Shown here: positions 19,326-29,094 of the stretch, piece by piece
Layout of the letters: the number at the start of each line of letters is the position of its first letter
Numbering within the stretch: the first letter of the stretch is position 1
Assembly (NCBI GenBank): GCA_018664485.1
Contig: JABJOE010000002.1
Span: 11,896-75,895 of the forward strand
Source: Candidatus Uhrbacteria bacterium
GTDB lineage: Bacteria > Patescibacteriota > Patescibacteriia > UBA9934
Length of the DNA: 64,000 nt
Direction: 5' to 3'
The notes under the pieces: model-generated
What the model was told of the DNA's origin: nothing
What the model saw: the letters and a program-made list of their open reading frames with translations, nothing else
Databases searched by the model: none
Position numbers and translations under genes: made by a program

Positions 19326-20423
19326 ATGGGAGAAGACTACGGACATCCAGACCCAGAACGTCGCAGAGCTCAGGAACCGAAGGTTGAATCCGAAGGTACT
19401 GTGGAGACTCCTCAAAACCTAGATGACATAGAAGATTTCGGATTGAGAAGACAAGCTTTTGACATCGGACTAACAAAAATGAAAGAAGTGTTGAGAGGAA
19501 TGAACGGTTATGCAGTTTTTGCAGGAGGAGCAATGCAAATTCAAGGAATACAAAATGAAATAAAAAACTTTCCAGAAAAACCACCAGGAGATTTAGATGT
19601 TGCGGTAGCAGACACACAAACCCTCTTCAGAATTGCAGAAAGACTTACAAAACACGGAGCTCATATAAAGGGTGACAAAATTACAACGTCCACTTTAGAT
19701 GGAGCGAAAATCCTTGCAGGTCATTTTGTTATCGATATTCCGGGGATAGATGTCCCGGTAGAATATCCGTTTGAATTCTTTGCAAACACCACCCTTGTTC
19801 CAAATGATCTTATTGAACGTGCAGAAAACGATTCCGGTATACGCACCCTCAGCCTTAAAGACATAAAAGCTCAATACTCTCGCAACCTATCTTTTGAAAC
19901 AGTTGTCAAAAATAGTACCGAGTCAAAATTGGAGTATATTAATAGACAAGAATTTATAGACCTAGAAACGTCCGCACTAGCAGGTGACGTAAGTAAGAAA
20001 AAAGAGCTCGGCCTGATATTAAAAGACATTGGATTGTCATACAAAGAACTTAAAGAAGTTCGTGGCATGGTAGAAGCACATAAGAAAGAGAATCCTGACA
20101 ACTATATCGATCACGCCTTAAAAAACGAAGAGGTTGTAGGCTTACTTTCACGTGGACTAAAGGAAAAGGTAGAAAAAAGAAAAGCCAATATCTTAGAGAT
20201 CAAAAAGCTATTTCATCCTGAGGAGTTAAACACTGGAGAAATCAATCCAGTTTCGCCATACTCAGCAGAAGAAGGGGATGCGGAAAGAATCGAACCGGTT
20301 CCACCATACCTAGAGGAGGAGGATGAAATCACTGAAGAAATTCCCGCTCCCGTTCAACTTGTTCCGAGGAAAGGTGGTGGCGCAAACGCTGACGAGTATA
20401 AAGAAGGGGAAGAGGCTGCGTAA
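19326..20423 (+). CDS. hypothetical protein with a pol-beta-superfamily nucleotidyltransferase-like motif and an acidic C-terminal tail
   Basis: FAGGAMQIQG...PPGDLDVAVAD resembles the hG[GS]...DhD nucleotidyltransferase signature. The C-terminus is E/D/P-rich. The gene is convergent with polA. Confidence 0.4.
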   Translation: MGEDYGHPDPERRRAQEPKVESEGTVETPQNLDDIEDFGLRRQAFDIGLTKMKEVLRGMNGYAVFAGGAMQIQGIQNEIKNFPEKPPGDLDVAVADTQTLFRIAERLTKHGAHIKGDKITTSTLDGAKILAGHFVIDIPGIDVPVEYPFEFFANTTLVPNDLIERAENDSGIRTLSLKDIKAQYSRNLSFETVVKNSTESKLEYINRQEFIDLETSALAGDVSKKKELGLILKDIGLSYKELKEVRGMVEAHKKENPDNYIDHALKNEEVVGLLSRGLKEKVEKRKANILEIKKLFHPEELNTGEINPVSPYSAEEGDAERIEPVPPYLEEEDEITEEIPAPVQLVPRKGGGANADEYKEGEEAA

Positions 20424-20426
20424 AAA

Positions 20427-23030
20427 TTACTTCATCTCGCCCCAGTTGTTACCGATCTCAACATCAACTAAAAGTGGAACTTCTGAATTCCAAATACCTT
20501 CCATCATTGATCGTAGTTCCGGTACGATCTCATCAACCTTCGAAGCATTAACTTCAAACACAAGTTCATCGTGGACTTGCAACAACAACTCAACATCAAC
20601 GTGATCGCGCGTCCATTTTTCAACAACTAACATCGCCATTTTAATCAGGTCGGCCTGAGTTCCCTGAATCGGCATGTTAACCGCCATGCGCTCTGCAGCC
20701 GCAACCAACATTCCGATACCTCCGTTGATCTCCGGCAAATGTCGACGGCGACCGAAAAGCGTCTCAACGAATTCAAACTCGTGAGCACGCTTTTTTGTTT
20801 CCTCAATGTAATTTGCAATACCTGGATGAAGGTCGAAGTAGCGTGCAATAAATATCTTTGCTTCTTCTTTGGAAAGTCCGCTCGACTTTGCAAGATTACG
20901 TGAACCCATTCCGTATAGAATTCCAAAGTTCACTCCCTTGGCAGCTGAACGTTCTTCTTTTGTAACTTCTTCTTCTGGCTTATCTAAAATTTGTGCAGAC
21001 ACGCGACGGTGAATGTCGGCACCCGCTTTAAACGCGTCTATGAAAGCTTTATCATCAGCAAGTACAGCGGCAATTCGTAATTCGAACTGCGAGTAGTCGA
21101 TTGCTATCAATGTCTTTCCTTTCGGTGCAACGAATGCCTTACGGATTTCACGCCCGAGCTCGGTTCGAGTTGGAATGTTTTGTAGATTTGGTTCCGATGA
21201 TGACAGACGACCCGTTGCTGCAACCGTTTGGTTAAACGATGTATGAATTCGTCCGTCTTCTTTGCGTAACACAGGAAGCGCGTCGACATACGTAGACTTC
21301 AACTTCGCAATCTCACGATACTTTGAAATGAATGGAATGATTTCGTGCGCCTCCCACAACTTTTCAAGTTCACTCGCGGCAGTTGAAAAACTTTTCTTCG
21401 TTTTTTTAATTTTCTTTGTCGGCAATCCTAAATCTTCAAACAAAATATCCGACAACTGGGCAGGGGAGTTGATATTAAATTCGCGACCAGCAAGTTTGTG
21501 AATTTTTTCTGTGAGTTCCGCGATCTCACCTGCAAATCTTACCGACATCTCAGATAATTTCTTCTCGTCCAACATAATTCCAACTCGTTCCATACGATAC
21601 AGAACTGGAATGAGCGGCATCTCTACCTCATATGCGATCTTCTCCAACTTTTCCTCATCAATAATATCTACAAAGTCTCTGTGAAGATCCCAGATCTTTT
21701 TCGTGCAATCAATTGCGTCTGTCAGATCAACGGTTTCTTTCAAATATTCCTGTACCAATGTTTCGAGCTCAAACTTGCGTGCTGCCGAATCCAATAAATA
21801 CGCAGCGACCATCGTGTCGAACAATGTAGTCGTGTCCGGTGACCAGGAAAGCTCATGCATAACAGCTTTCAGATCATGGCCTACGATAAGTTCCGCACTA
21901 TCAAGTACCTTGATAACCTTCTCACCGTCACTCACTGATACAACGCTTACTTTCTTACCGTCCGACACAGCGAGAGATGCACCTGCGCCTCCAAACAAGT
22001 CCTGCTGACCTGCCAAGAGGTGAACGCAAAGTTTTTTACCGTCTAATTCTGAAAGTTTAACGGTCGCAGCTTTTTTTGTTTTTTTCTTCTTGGGTTCAAC
22101 CACGGCTTCCGGCTCCTCTTCAACCTCTTTTTCTGCGACCAGCCCCCTTGCCGCGTACTTTTTAAGCAGGTTACGAAACTCCAAGTCGCGGAATCGGGCC
22201 ACAAGAGCTTCAGCGTCTGGCTTTTTAACTTTTGCGTCCGACAATTTAAATCCACCAAGATCAACATCCAAAACTATCGTCACAAGGAACTTCATTTGTT
22301 GAGCTAGCTCTTCTTGACCACGAAACTTCTTTGCAAACTTTTCAACCACGTCACCTTTTTCAATGGCTGCATAAATTCCTTCAAGCGTGTCGTACTCTTT
22401 CAAAAGAGTCGTTGCTGTTTTGGCGCCAACTCCAGTAATCCCAGGAAGGTTATCAGAACTGTCTCCCATCATCGCCTTTAAATCTATCAACTGATCAGTT
22501 CGCAACTCATAGCGTTCCATCACAGCAGCTTCGTCGTATGTTTTTGTTTGACTAACTCCTTTCACAAAAAAGATAACTTCTGCCTGACCGTCTTTTACAA
22601 GCTGTAGAGAATCCAAATCACCGGTTACAATTTGCACCATCAAGTCAGACTTGCATCCGAATTTCTTTGCGATGGTTCCGATCACGTCGTCAGCCTCCAT
22701 GCCGGCAACTGACAGTGAAGGAATATTGTAATGCTTCAGTAGGTCCTGAATGATTTCAATCTGAGCGTAGAGCTCATCGGGTCTTTTCTCACGGTTCGCT
22801 TTGTATTCTTTAAATGCTTCATGACGAAAAGTTCCACCCGGCAAGTCCCATGCGACAGCCATGTACTCAGGGTTGAACCTCTCGAGCATCTTCTCAACCG
22901 TCATCGTAAAGCCGTATGCAGCGTGCACCACAATGCCGTCTTTTGTAGTAAGTGGGGGTAGCGCATGCCATGCACGGTGCAAAAGCGCGTTACCGTCTAA
23001 TATAATAAAAGATTTTGGTTTGTCGGACAT
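20427..23030 (-). CDS. polA: DNA polymerase I (5'-3' exonuclease + 3'-5' exonuclease-like + polymerase domains)
   Basis: N-terminal FEN-like domain (ILDGNALLHRAWHALP), C-terminal PolA motifs (RRxAKxxNFGxxYG; VHDELVFE); 867 aa. Confidence 0.95.
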   Translation of the reverse strand: MSDKPKSFIILDGNALLHRAWHALPPLTTKDGIVVHAAYGFTMTVEKMLERFNPEYMAVAWDLPGGTFRHEAFKEYKANREKRPDELYAQIEIIQDLLKHYNIPSLSVAGMEADDVIGTIAKKFGCKSDLMVQIVTGDLDSLQLVKDGQAEVIFFVKGVSQTKTYDEAAVMERYELRTDQLIDLKAMMGDSSDNLPGITGVGAKTATTLLKEYDTLEGIYAAIEKGDVVEKFAKKFRGQEELAQQMKFLVTIVLDVDLGGFKLSDAKVKKPDAEALVARFRDLEFRNLLKKYAARGLVAEKEVEEEPEAVVEPKKKKTKKAATVKLSELDGKKLCVHLLAGQQDLFGGAGASLAVSDGKKVSVVSVSDGEKVIKVLDSAELIVGHDLKAVMHELSWSPDTTTLFDTMVAAYLLDSAARKFELETLVQEYLKETVDLTDAIDCTKKIWDLHRDFVDIIDEEKLEKIAYEVEMPLIPVLYRMERVGIMLDEKKLSEMSVRFAGEIAELTEKIHKLAGREFNINSPAQLSDILFEDLGLPTKKIKKTKKSFSTAASELEKLWEAHEIIPFISKYREIAKLKSTYVDALPVLRKEDGRIHTSFNQTVAATGRLSSSEPNLQNIPTRTELGREIRKAFVAPKGKTLIAIDYSQFELRIAAVLADDKAFIDAFKAGADIHRRVSAQILDKPEEEVTKEERSAAKGVNFGILYGMGSRNLAKSSGLSKEEAKIFIARYFDLHPGIANYIEETKKRAHEFEFVETLFGRRRHLPEINGGIGMLVAAAERMAVNMPIQGTQADLIKMAMLVVEKWTRDHVDVELLLQVHDELVFEVNASKVDEIVPELRSMMEGIWNSEVPLLVDVEIGNNWGEMK

Positions 23031-23225
23031 ATATATTCAAGTTCACCCTGGCGATAACAGCGAGCCAGATAGTGGTTTCTTTGAGTATATTATCACGAAA
23101 GGTCCGATGCACTATGTAAGCCATAGCCAGATGCAGAAAGCCCCCACCAGCCGAAGCCGATGGGGAACTTGAGAGTCACGACCCCGAGAGGGTCGGACTG
23201 TTGTCGGGACGAGGCGAGGCCTCGT

Positions 23226-24182
23226 CTATGCGGCGGCGCGCTGGTTGCTGAAGGCCGTACCGATCGGGGTCTCCAGAGCCAACTCGGTGGCCGGGACGTC
23301 GAAGCGGACGGACTCGTCCTTGTCCACGATGGTGCACAGGTCGAGCTTGACCAGGCCACGACGACCGAGGGTCTGCATGACGATGCCCTTGGTCGGACCA
23401 AGGAGGGTCAGCTCGATGCCGGTGTTGGTCACCTTGAAGGCCCAGCCGTAGTTGCCGATGGACACGGTGGCCATCACGTCGGTGTCGCTGTAGACGCGGG
23501 TTGCGATCGGGGTCTTGTTGTCGTCGTAGCCCTTGAGCTTGGAGATGTCGATCTTGCCGTACCGAGCGCCGTCGAGGAACTTCGAGATCTTGAAGTCGTC
23601 GGAGTGCTTGGCGATGGCGAGCTTCATGTCCTTGCTCGGGATCACGGTCATGACGGCGCTCTTGCCATCGACCACGTCGAGGTGACCGGACACGGACAGG
23701 GCCACGGTGGTCTTGCCGATGTTCACCTTCTCGAAGCTGAACTCGCCGGTCTGCGTACCGATGACGGTGGACCAGGAGGAGCCGGGGTCGACGATCTTGG
23801 TGATGCCGGTGTCGTCGTAGTCGAGGGCCTGGCTGAAGTCGAGACGCTGCGCGGTGAAGTGCAGGACGTCGTTCCAGCCGTCGTCGTTGAGCTCGGTGTC
23901 GATGTCGCCGTTGGCGCTCAGAGCCGTCGCGAAGATCATGCCGTTGGTGTTCACGCCGCGAACGATGCGGTTGGTGTTGTCGGGCAGATCACTCACGTTG
24001 GAGCTGACGTAGAAGGTGCGGTCGGCCTGGTCGTAGCTGACGTGGCTGTTGGAGCCGGCGTCGAACAGGACGTCGTCGCTCATGTCGTCGTCGCTGTCCA
24101 TGTTCACGACCTTGTAGGGCGCGGTGGGCATGGTGGCGAAGAGAGCGAGGAAGGTCAGGATCTGGATCTTGTTGGTATGCAA
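23226..24182 (-). CDS. secreted hypothetical protein encoded in a GC-rich (about 63%) island
   Basis: Probable TTG start giving the signal peptide MHTNKIQILTFLALFATMPTAPYK (ORF track extends to 24284). Composition is beta-rich; the long antisense ORF 23160..24389 is a GC artefact. A spot GC count gives about 63% against about 42% genome-typical. Confidence 0.5.
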   Translation of the reverse strand: MHTNKIQILTFLALFATMPTAPYKVVNMDSDDDMSDDVLFDAGSNSHVSYDQADRTFYVSSNVSDLPDNTNRIVRGVNTNGMIFATALSANGDIDTELNDDGWNDVLHFTAQRLDFSQALDYDDTGITKIVDPGSSWSTVIGTQTGEFSFEKVNIGKTTVALSVSGHLDVVDGKSAVMTVIPSKDMKLAIAKHSDDFKISKFLDGARYGKIDISKLKGYDDNKTPIATRVYSDTDVMATVSIGNYGWAFKVTNTGIELTLLGPTKGIVMQTLGRRGLVKLDLCTIVDKDESVRFDVPATELALETPIGTAFSNQRAAA

Positions 24183-24429
24183 GGTGCACTCTTTTTGAAG
24201 TGGACTCGTAAGTCCGGGTTGTTGCTCTATCCAAGGTTGGGGTCGAGACGGCGCAATTCTGCCACAGCTAGCGAATCCTGTCAAGGGATTTGTGCAGGTA
24301 TCGGAAAAGTGGCCATAAAAGTAAAAGAAATATTTATATCTAATCTAAGCCAATATATAAGTCCACAGGCACCGGGCGTTACACAATGATGTGTCGTATA
24401 ATGCTAATATAACGTTTCTATACCTATAT

Positions 24430-25347
24430 ATGGCAACAAAATCAGTCATACAAAAGCATATTCGTCGATATCTTGAGTACCTTGAAGTTGAGCGAGGTCG
24501 CTCAGCACGTACCGTCCGTAACTACGACTTCTACCTCACGCGCTTTGCGACATGGGCAGAATTCCCAAACCCATCAAAAATCGATAAAGAGCTCCTTCGC
24601 CGATATCGCCTTCACCTCAATCGAGACATAGAAGGGCGCGACGAACCGACTCTTAAAAAGAGCACTCAGAATTATCATCTAATTGCTCTTCGTAACTTTC
24701 TTAAATATCTTTCACGCAACGACATAAAAACAATGTCGCCTGATAAGATCGAGTTAGCTAAAACCGGAACACGAAAAGTTGAGTTCCTCGAAGAAGATGA
24801 ACTGCGACGAATGTTCGGAGTGCTCGAAGATGCTGACGGGCTCATCGGTAAGCGAGACCGCGCTATGGTATACATGCTTTTTTCAACCGGCCTTCGTGTT
24901 TCAGAGTTGGCGAATTTAAAAATCGACCAAGTAAATTTGAAGCGTGAAGAGTTCACAATAAAGGGGAAGGGGTCTAAACATCGTGTTGTGTTTGTGTCGG
25001 AGAAAGCACGCAAGGCAGTGAAAGAATATCTCGACGCACGTGGTGACACGAGCCCATATATGTTTGTCGGTCACGATCGCGCAAAGGCGTCGCGCGAAAA
25101 AATGCCTGTGTCGCCCCGCACAGTGCAACGAACTATCGAACGCTACGCCGCGGAAGCCGGAATCACAAAACGCATCACACCTCACACTCTGCGTCACACA
25201 TTCGCAACCGACCTTCTGCAAAATGGTGCAGACATAAGGTCAGTGCAAGCGATGCTCGGCCACGAGTCAATTACTACAACTCAAATCTACACCCACGTCA
25301 CCGACCGTAAACTAAAAGCTGTACACAAAAAGTTTCATAATAAATAA
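24430..25347 (+). CDS. site-specific tyrosine recombinase, XerC/XerD family
   Basis: C-terminal catalytic region LRHTFATDLLQNGADIRSVQAMLGHESITTTQIYTHV with the R..HxxR..Y signature. N-terminal core-binding domain present. ORF from 24391; the likely start is MATKSVIQKH. Confidence 0.85.
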   Translation: MATKSVIQKHIRRYLEYLEVERGRSARTVRNYDFYLTRFATWAEFPNPSKIDKELLRRYRLHLNRDIEGRDEPTLKKSTQNYHLIALRNFLKYLSRNDIKTMSPDKIELAKTGTRKVEFLEEDELRRMFGVLEDADGLIGKRDRAMVYMLFSTGLRVSELANLKIDQVNLKREEFTIKGKGSKHRVVFVSEKARKAVKEYLDARGDTSPYMFVGHDRAKASREKMPVSPRTVQRTIERYAAEAGITKRITPHTLRHTFATDLLQNGADIRSVQAMLGHESITTTQIYTHVTDRKLKAVHKKFHNK

Positions 25348-25377
25348 GAAGGTGATCAGGTAGAAAGGTATTCAGGT

Positions 25378-25749
25378 ATGCAAGGTAAAACAAAAACTTT
25401 TCAAAAAATTGTAGCCTGGCAACTTGCGCATGAATTCGTGCAAGAGGTTTACAAGGTGACAATTGAGTTTCCCCAAGAAGAAATTTACGGTATCACTAGC
25501 CAGATACGTCGTGCGTCAATTTCTATAGCAACCAATATAGTAGAAGGTCGAGCTCGCGGATCAACAAAAGACTTTATCAGATTTCTGCACATGTCTCGTG
25601 GATCTCTTGAAGAAGTAGAATACCTTCTCATAGCAAGCCGCGATCTTGGATATATCTCAGCAGATAATTACAACACGTTAGACTCAAAGCTATCACGAAC
25701 GGGAGCTGTTCTAAATGGCCTAATTCGCTCCCTACGTCTTAAATCCTGA
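25378..25749 (+). CDS. four-helix-bundle protein (23S rRNA intervening-sequence protein family)
   Basis: Matches the family motif IATNIVEGRARGSTKDFIRFLHMSRGSLEEVEYLLIASRDLGYI. Confidence 0.8.
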   Translation: MQGKTKTFQKIVAWQLAHEFVQEVYKVTIEFPQEEIYGITSQIRRASISIATNIVEGRARGSTKDFIRFLHMSRGSLEEVEYLLIASRDLGYISADNYNTLDSKLSRTGAVLNGLIRSLRLKS

Positions 25750-25780
25750 CCACCCAACTACCCGATCACCTGAAAACCCT

Positions 25781-26953
25781 ATGATTGACGATATAAAAAA
25801 ATACTACGCGTTTCGATCACTTATAAAGAGGTTCATCGTTCCAGTACTGGTTGTCTTCATGGTCCAAAGTGGGCTTACCATTGAGCAGATCGCAATAATT
25901 GGAGTAGTGACTGGGGTAATCGGATTCGTCTTGGAGATACCTAGTGGAGCCGTCGCCGACACTCTCGGGCATAAAAGAACACTCATTCTTTCAATGCTCG
26001 GTCAGGCTCTTGCAATGGGACTTTACCTTGGTGGATCGTTTTGGTGGATACTCGCAGCGTCAGTTATGTACTGGGGAGCCGGCACATTGATGACCGGAAC
26101 TATGCAGGCGCTTTTCTTCGAGCGATTGCAAGAACTTGGTCGAGAGAAAGAACATCAAAAGCTAAGCGGTAGGGCGCGATCAATATCCCAAGCATTCAGC
26201 ATTATTGCGATGATTCTCTCGGGCCTCGCATATGCGTGGCATTGGTGGCTACCATTTATAGTCGGTGTGGCCCAATTCTTGCTTGCCGGATTAATTATTT
26301 CTTTCTTTCATCAAGCAAAAAAACAAACCAGCGTCGCACGCTTCGAACCCAAGGCCATCTTGTCACATATTAAACTCGGATTTGCTGAAGTTAGAAAGTC
26401 GTCGAAACTTTTTTGGCTTACAATATTCAACTCACTAATTCTAGGGTTAGTATTCGGGTCAGCAGAATTTCACCAAGTACTACTAGAAAATTCCGGCCTT
26501 GCCGTAGCGATGTTTGGAGCCGTATATGCAGTAAAGCGAATAGTTGGAGTTGTGGTTCCGCCATTCGTTCATCGCATTACGAATAAACTTTCTGTACCGT
26601 TGTTTTGTGGAGCGTCTGGAATATTCGTGTCAGCAATACTCATACTGGTACTTGCTGTTGGCAGCCCATGGGCAATGGCCGCTCTGCTCGGTATCTCCTC
26701 AGCGCCCTACATAGCATTGACCGTTGCAGGAAATGACTTTAAAAATCAACTCATCAAAAGCTCGTCGCGCGCGACGATTCTGTCTATAAGTAATCTCGTT
26801 CAGCAGATATTCTCACTGACATTCATCGGCTCAATAGGGCTGGCAATAGCATTTGCAGAACTACCATTACTCTATGCTGCGTGGGGAATCGCACTAGCAC
26901 TTATCATCGGAATCCTCATGCCACCATTCATTCGAGCCTACCGCACGGCTTAA
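25781..26953 (+). CDS. MFS transporter
   Basis: Twelve predicted TM helices; conserved MFS loop GAVADTLGHKRTL between TM2 and TM3. Confidence 0.7.
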   Translation: MIDDIKKYYAFRSLIKRFIVPVLVVFMVQSGLTIEQIAIIGVVTGVIGFVLEIPSGAVADTLGHKRTLILSMLGQALAMGLYLGGSFWWILAASVMYWGAGTLMTGTMQALFFERLQELGREKEHQKLSGRARSISQAFSIIAMILSGLAYAWHWWLPFIVGVAQFLLAGLIISFFHQAKKQTSVARFEPKAILSHIKLGFAEVRKSSKLFWLTIFNSLILGLVFGSAEFHQVLLENSGLAVAMFGAVYAVKRIVGVVVPPFVHRITNKLSVPLFCGASGIFVSAILILVLAVGSPWAMAALLGISSAPYIALTVAGNDFKNQLIKSSSRATILSISNLVQQIFSLTFIGSIGLAIAFAELPLLYAAWGIALALIIGILMPPFIRAYRTA

Positions 26954-26977
26954 CTTTTCAAAAATAGTCTTACCTAA

Positions 26978-27007
26978 CAAAAAACCTCCCGAAAGGGAGA
27001 TTTTTTC
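26978..27007 (+). terminator. Rho-independent terminator after the MFS transporter gene
   Basis: ctccc-gaaa-gggag hairpin followed by TTTTTT. Confidence 0.6.
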
Positions 27008-27008
27008 A

Positions 27009-27027
27009 TGGGGCGGCTAACGGGAAT
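27009..27027. repeat. 19-bp direct duplicate of the tRNA-His 3' end (tggggcggctaacgggaat)
   Basis: Identical to 27171-27189 (the 3' end of tRNA-His on the minus strand). Each copy is preceded by a ctccc-NNNN-gggag hairpin, but with the loop inverted (gaaa versus tttc). Confidence 0.6.
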
Positions 27028-27170
27028 ATGGCTACGCCATGTATTCAGCTCCTCGCTCGGTCATATCAAAATACATTTTGTTGCGACGCTCACTCGTCGC
27101 TGCTATCGAACCCCGCATTACGGGCTCAATTCCCGCATACAAAAACAACTCCCTTTCGGGAGCTGCCTTA

Positions 27171-27246
27171 TGGGGCGGCTAACGGGAATCGAACCCGTAA
27201 TACTAGTACCACAAACTAGTGTGATAACCGTTTCACCATAGCCGCC
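27171..27246 (-). tRNA. tRNA-His (anticodon GUG) with G-1, CCA encoded
   Basis: Manual fold: G-1 pairs with C73; acceptor GCGGCTA/TAGCCGC; anticodon stem ctagt/actag with loop ttGTGgt; T-arm acggg-ttcgatt-cccgt. Confidence 0.8.
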
Positions 27247-27427
27247 ATGCTCTGCTCGCTAGCTATTTGGCGATCTATCGTTTCCAGCCTGTGCGCGTCG
27301 CTCTCCGTACGTTATCAGTACGCTTCGCTTTCGTGCTCGGCCGTCAAAGAGATCTCATCCAAACATCTACGCTCGCTTTTGTGTGTTGTGCGTACCGGCT
27401 TCAGAAGTAGCAAACCTATGAAGTCAG

Positions 27428-27504
27428 TGGTGCGCCCGGTAGGACTCGAACCTACAACCTTGAGGTTAGAACCCTCCTGCTCTATCCGGTTGAGCTACAG
27501 GCGC
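27428..27504 (-). tRNA. tRNA-Arg (anticodon UCU), CCA encoded
   Basis: Manual fold: acceptor GCGCCTG/CGGGCGC (one G-U pair); anticodon loop gtTCTaa; T-arm gtagg-ttcgagt-cctac. Confidence 0.8.
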
Positions 27505-27567
27505 ATTTTGCGCAGGGAATATAACCGATTTTGAGGAATAAATCAAGCCTAGGGCCAAGAATCTAGT

Positions 27568-28368
27568 TTACTCAATCACCAAGCAAACCGGCGCGTGATC
27601 AGAACCTATCGCATCCATCCTTATATAAGCCTCCTTAATACGCCCCTTAAGCTTCTCGCTTGCAAAGAAATAATCAATCCGCCAACCAACATTCCTTTCC
27701 CGAGCCTTTGCAAAATAACTCCACCAAGAATACTGACCCTCATCTTCTGGGTGCAAATGTCGAAAAGTATCTATATATCCAGCTCCAACAATATTATCAA
27801 CACCTTCACGCTCCTCATCCGTGAATCCTGCGTTCCTTCTATTATCTTTTGGCCGAGCTAGATCGATCTCATTGTGAGCAACATTCAAGTCGCCACACAT
27901 TATTACTGGCTTTTTCTTCTCTAAATCCTTTATATGCTGCAAAAACAGCGGGTCCCATCTCTTATGACGATATTCAAGCCGCTCCAGACTTCGTTTAGAA
28001 TTAGGTGTATATACGGTTACTAGATAGTAATCCTCAAATTCGGCAGTAATCACACGCCCTTCGCCCAAAGCATCCCCAAAAGAATCCGTAAGCTCACCGT
28101 CACTCACACCAGGCATGTCATAAATGACTGAGATTGGCTTAATTTTTGTGAAAATGGCAGTCCCAGAATAGCCTTTTCTCTCAGCCGAATTCCAAATCTC
28201 CTCATATTCGGGAAGATCTATCTCTGCCTGACCTTGCTGGGCCTTCGTTTCCTGAAGGCAAAGAATATCAGGCTTTTCGTCCTCTATAAAAGGCAAAAAA
28301 GCATCCTTACGGATAACTGCACGAATACCGTTTACATTCCAAGAAATTATTTTTGTGGTTTTACTCAT
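27568..28368 (-). CDS. xth: exodeoxyribonuclease III (AP endonuclease)
   Basis: [17 protein letters not shown]...DILCLQETK and C-terminal IDYFFAS..GSDHAP motifs; ORF to 28407. Confidence 0.9.
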   Translation of the reverse strand: MSKTTKIISWNVNGIRAVIRKDAFLPFIEDEKPDILCLQETKAQQGQAEIDLPEYEEIWNSAERKGYSGTAIFTKIKPISVIYDMPGVSDGELTDSFGDALGEGRVITAEFEDYYLVTVYTPNSKRSLERLEYRHKRWDPLFLQHIKDLEKKKPVIMCGDLNVAHNEIDLARPKDNRRNAGFTDEEREGVDNIVGAGYIDTFRHLHPEDEGQYSWWSYFAKARERNVGWRIDYFFASEKLKGRIKEAYIRMDAIGSDHAPVCLVIE

Positions 28369-28520
28369 ATAACAGGAACATCGTATCACAGCCGTATACC
28401 AAAACATGTTGACAGATTCCCAAGATTTCGCTAGTATTCCCCCGTAAATAACCCGCTGTCTGTCTTGGATCGATCGTTGAGCGACGACGTTCTAGGGCTG
28501 TCAGATGAAATCTCAAAGAT

Positions 28521-28796
28521 ATGCTCAAGAAGAACAAAAAGCAGAAGCTGATTGACAAGTTTAAGACTCACGACACGGACACTGGTTCGCCACAAGTCCA
28601 GATCGCTATCCTCACAGAGGAAGTGAAGGAGCTAACAAAGCACCTTCGCGAGCATAAGAAAGATTTTTCTTCCCGCCGTGGTCTTGTCAAAAAAGTTACT
28701 GAACGCCGACGTCTCATGCGATACTTGAAGCGTGAAGACAAGAAGGCTTACGAAAAGCTTGTTGTTGATTTGAAGATCCGACCCCTTTCAGAGTAA
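28521..28796 (+). CDS. rpsO: 30S ribosomal protein S15
   Basis: GSPQVQIAILTEEVKELTKHLREHKKDFSSRRGL is the canonical S15 sequence. Confidence 0.9.
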   Translation: MLKKNKKQKLIDKFKTHDTDTGSPQVQIAILTEEVKELTKHLREHKKDFSSRRGLVKKVTERRRLMRYLKREDKKAYEKLVVDLKIRPLSE

Positions 28797-29094
28797 TTTC
28801 CCCGTTAGCCCGCCTACCCGGTTGGGCTTTCGGCTTTTAAAAAGAAAGTTCCTTTAAAAATAACGCTGCAAAAAAGCACGTTCACATTTTATTAAATAAG
28901 CAACTCACGGCGCATGTTGCAGTATGATCTTCTTGAGGTCATTTGATGCATGTAGCTAACGAAAAAGATGAACGGTGCGGAGACATAGCAGAGCTATATC
29001 GACAAGCTGTGAATCATTTGCAGTTGCGACAGGCGCGAATGAAGCAAGGAGAATTATCTTGCAGCATGCGCCAAAATATAAACAGTTTTCCTTT

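Noticed and set aside
24180-24260. tRNA-like GC-rich stretch (ggactcgtaagtccgggttgttgctctatccaaggttggggtcgag)
   Set aside because: I could not fold it into a cloverleaf with acceptor, anticodon and T arms. It is more likely the 5' leader or signal-peptide region of the GC-island gene.
23160-24389. 409-aa ORF on the + strand, the longest ORF at this locus
   Set aside because: Its translation is low-complexity G/V/D/A-rich sequence without a start context. This is typical of the antisense strand of a GC-rich gene. The minus-strand frame has a signal peptide and a balanced composition.
27008-27534. Small + strand ORFs (77, 63 and 95 aa)
   Set aside because: They overlap tRNA-His and tRNA-Arg(UCU) and the terminator and repeat region, with no coding signal.
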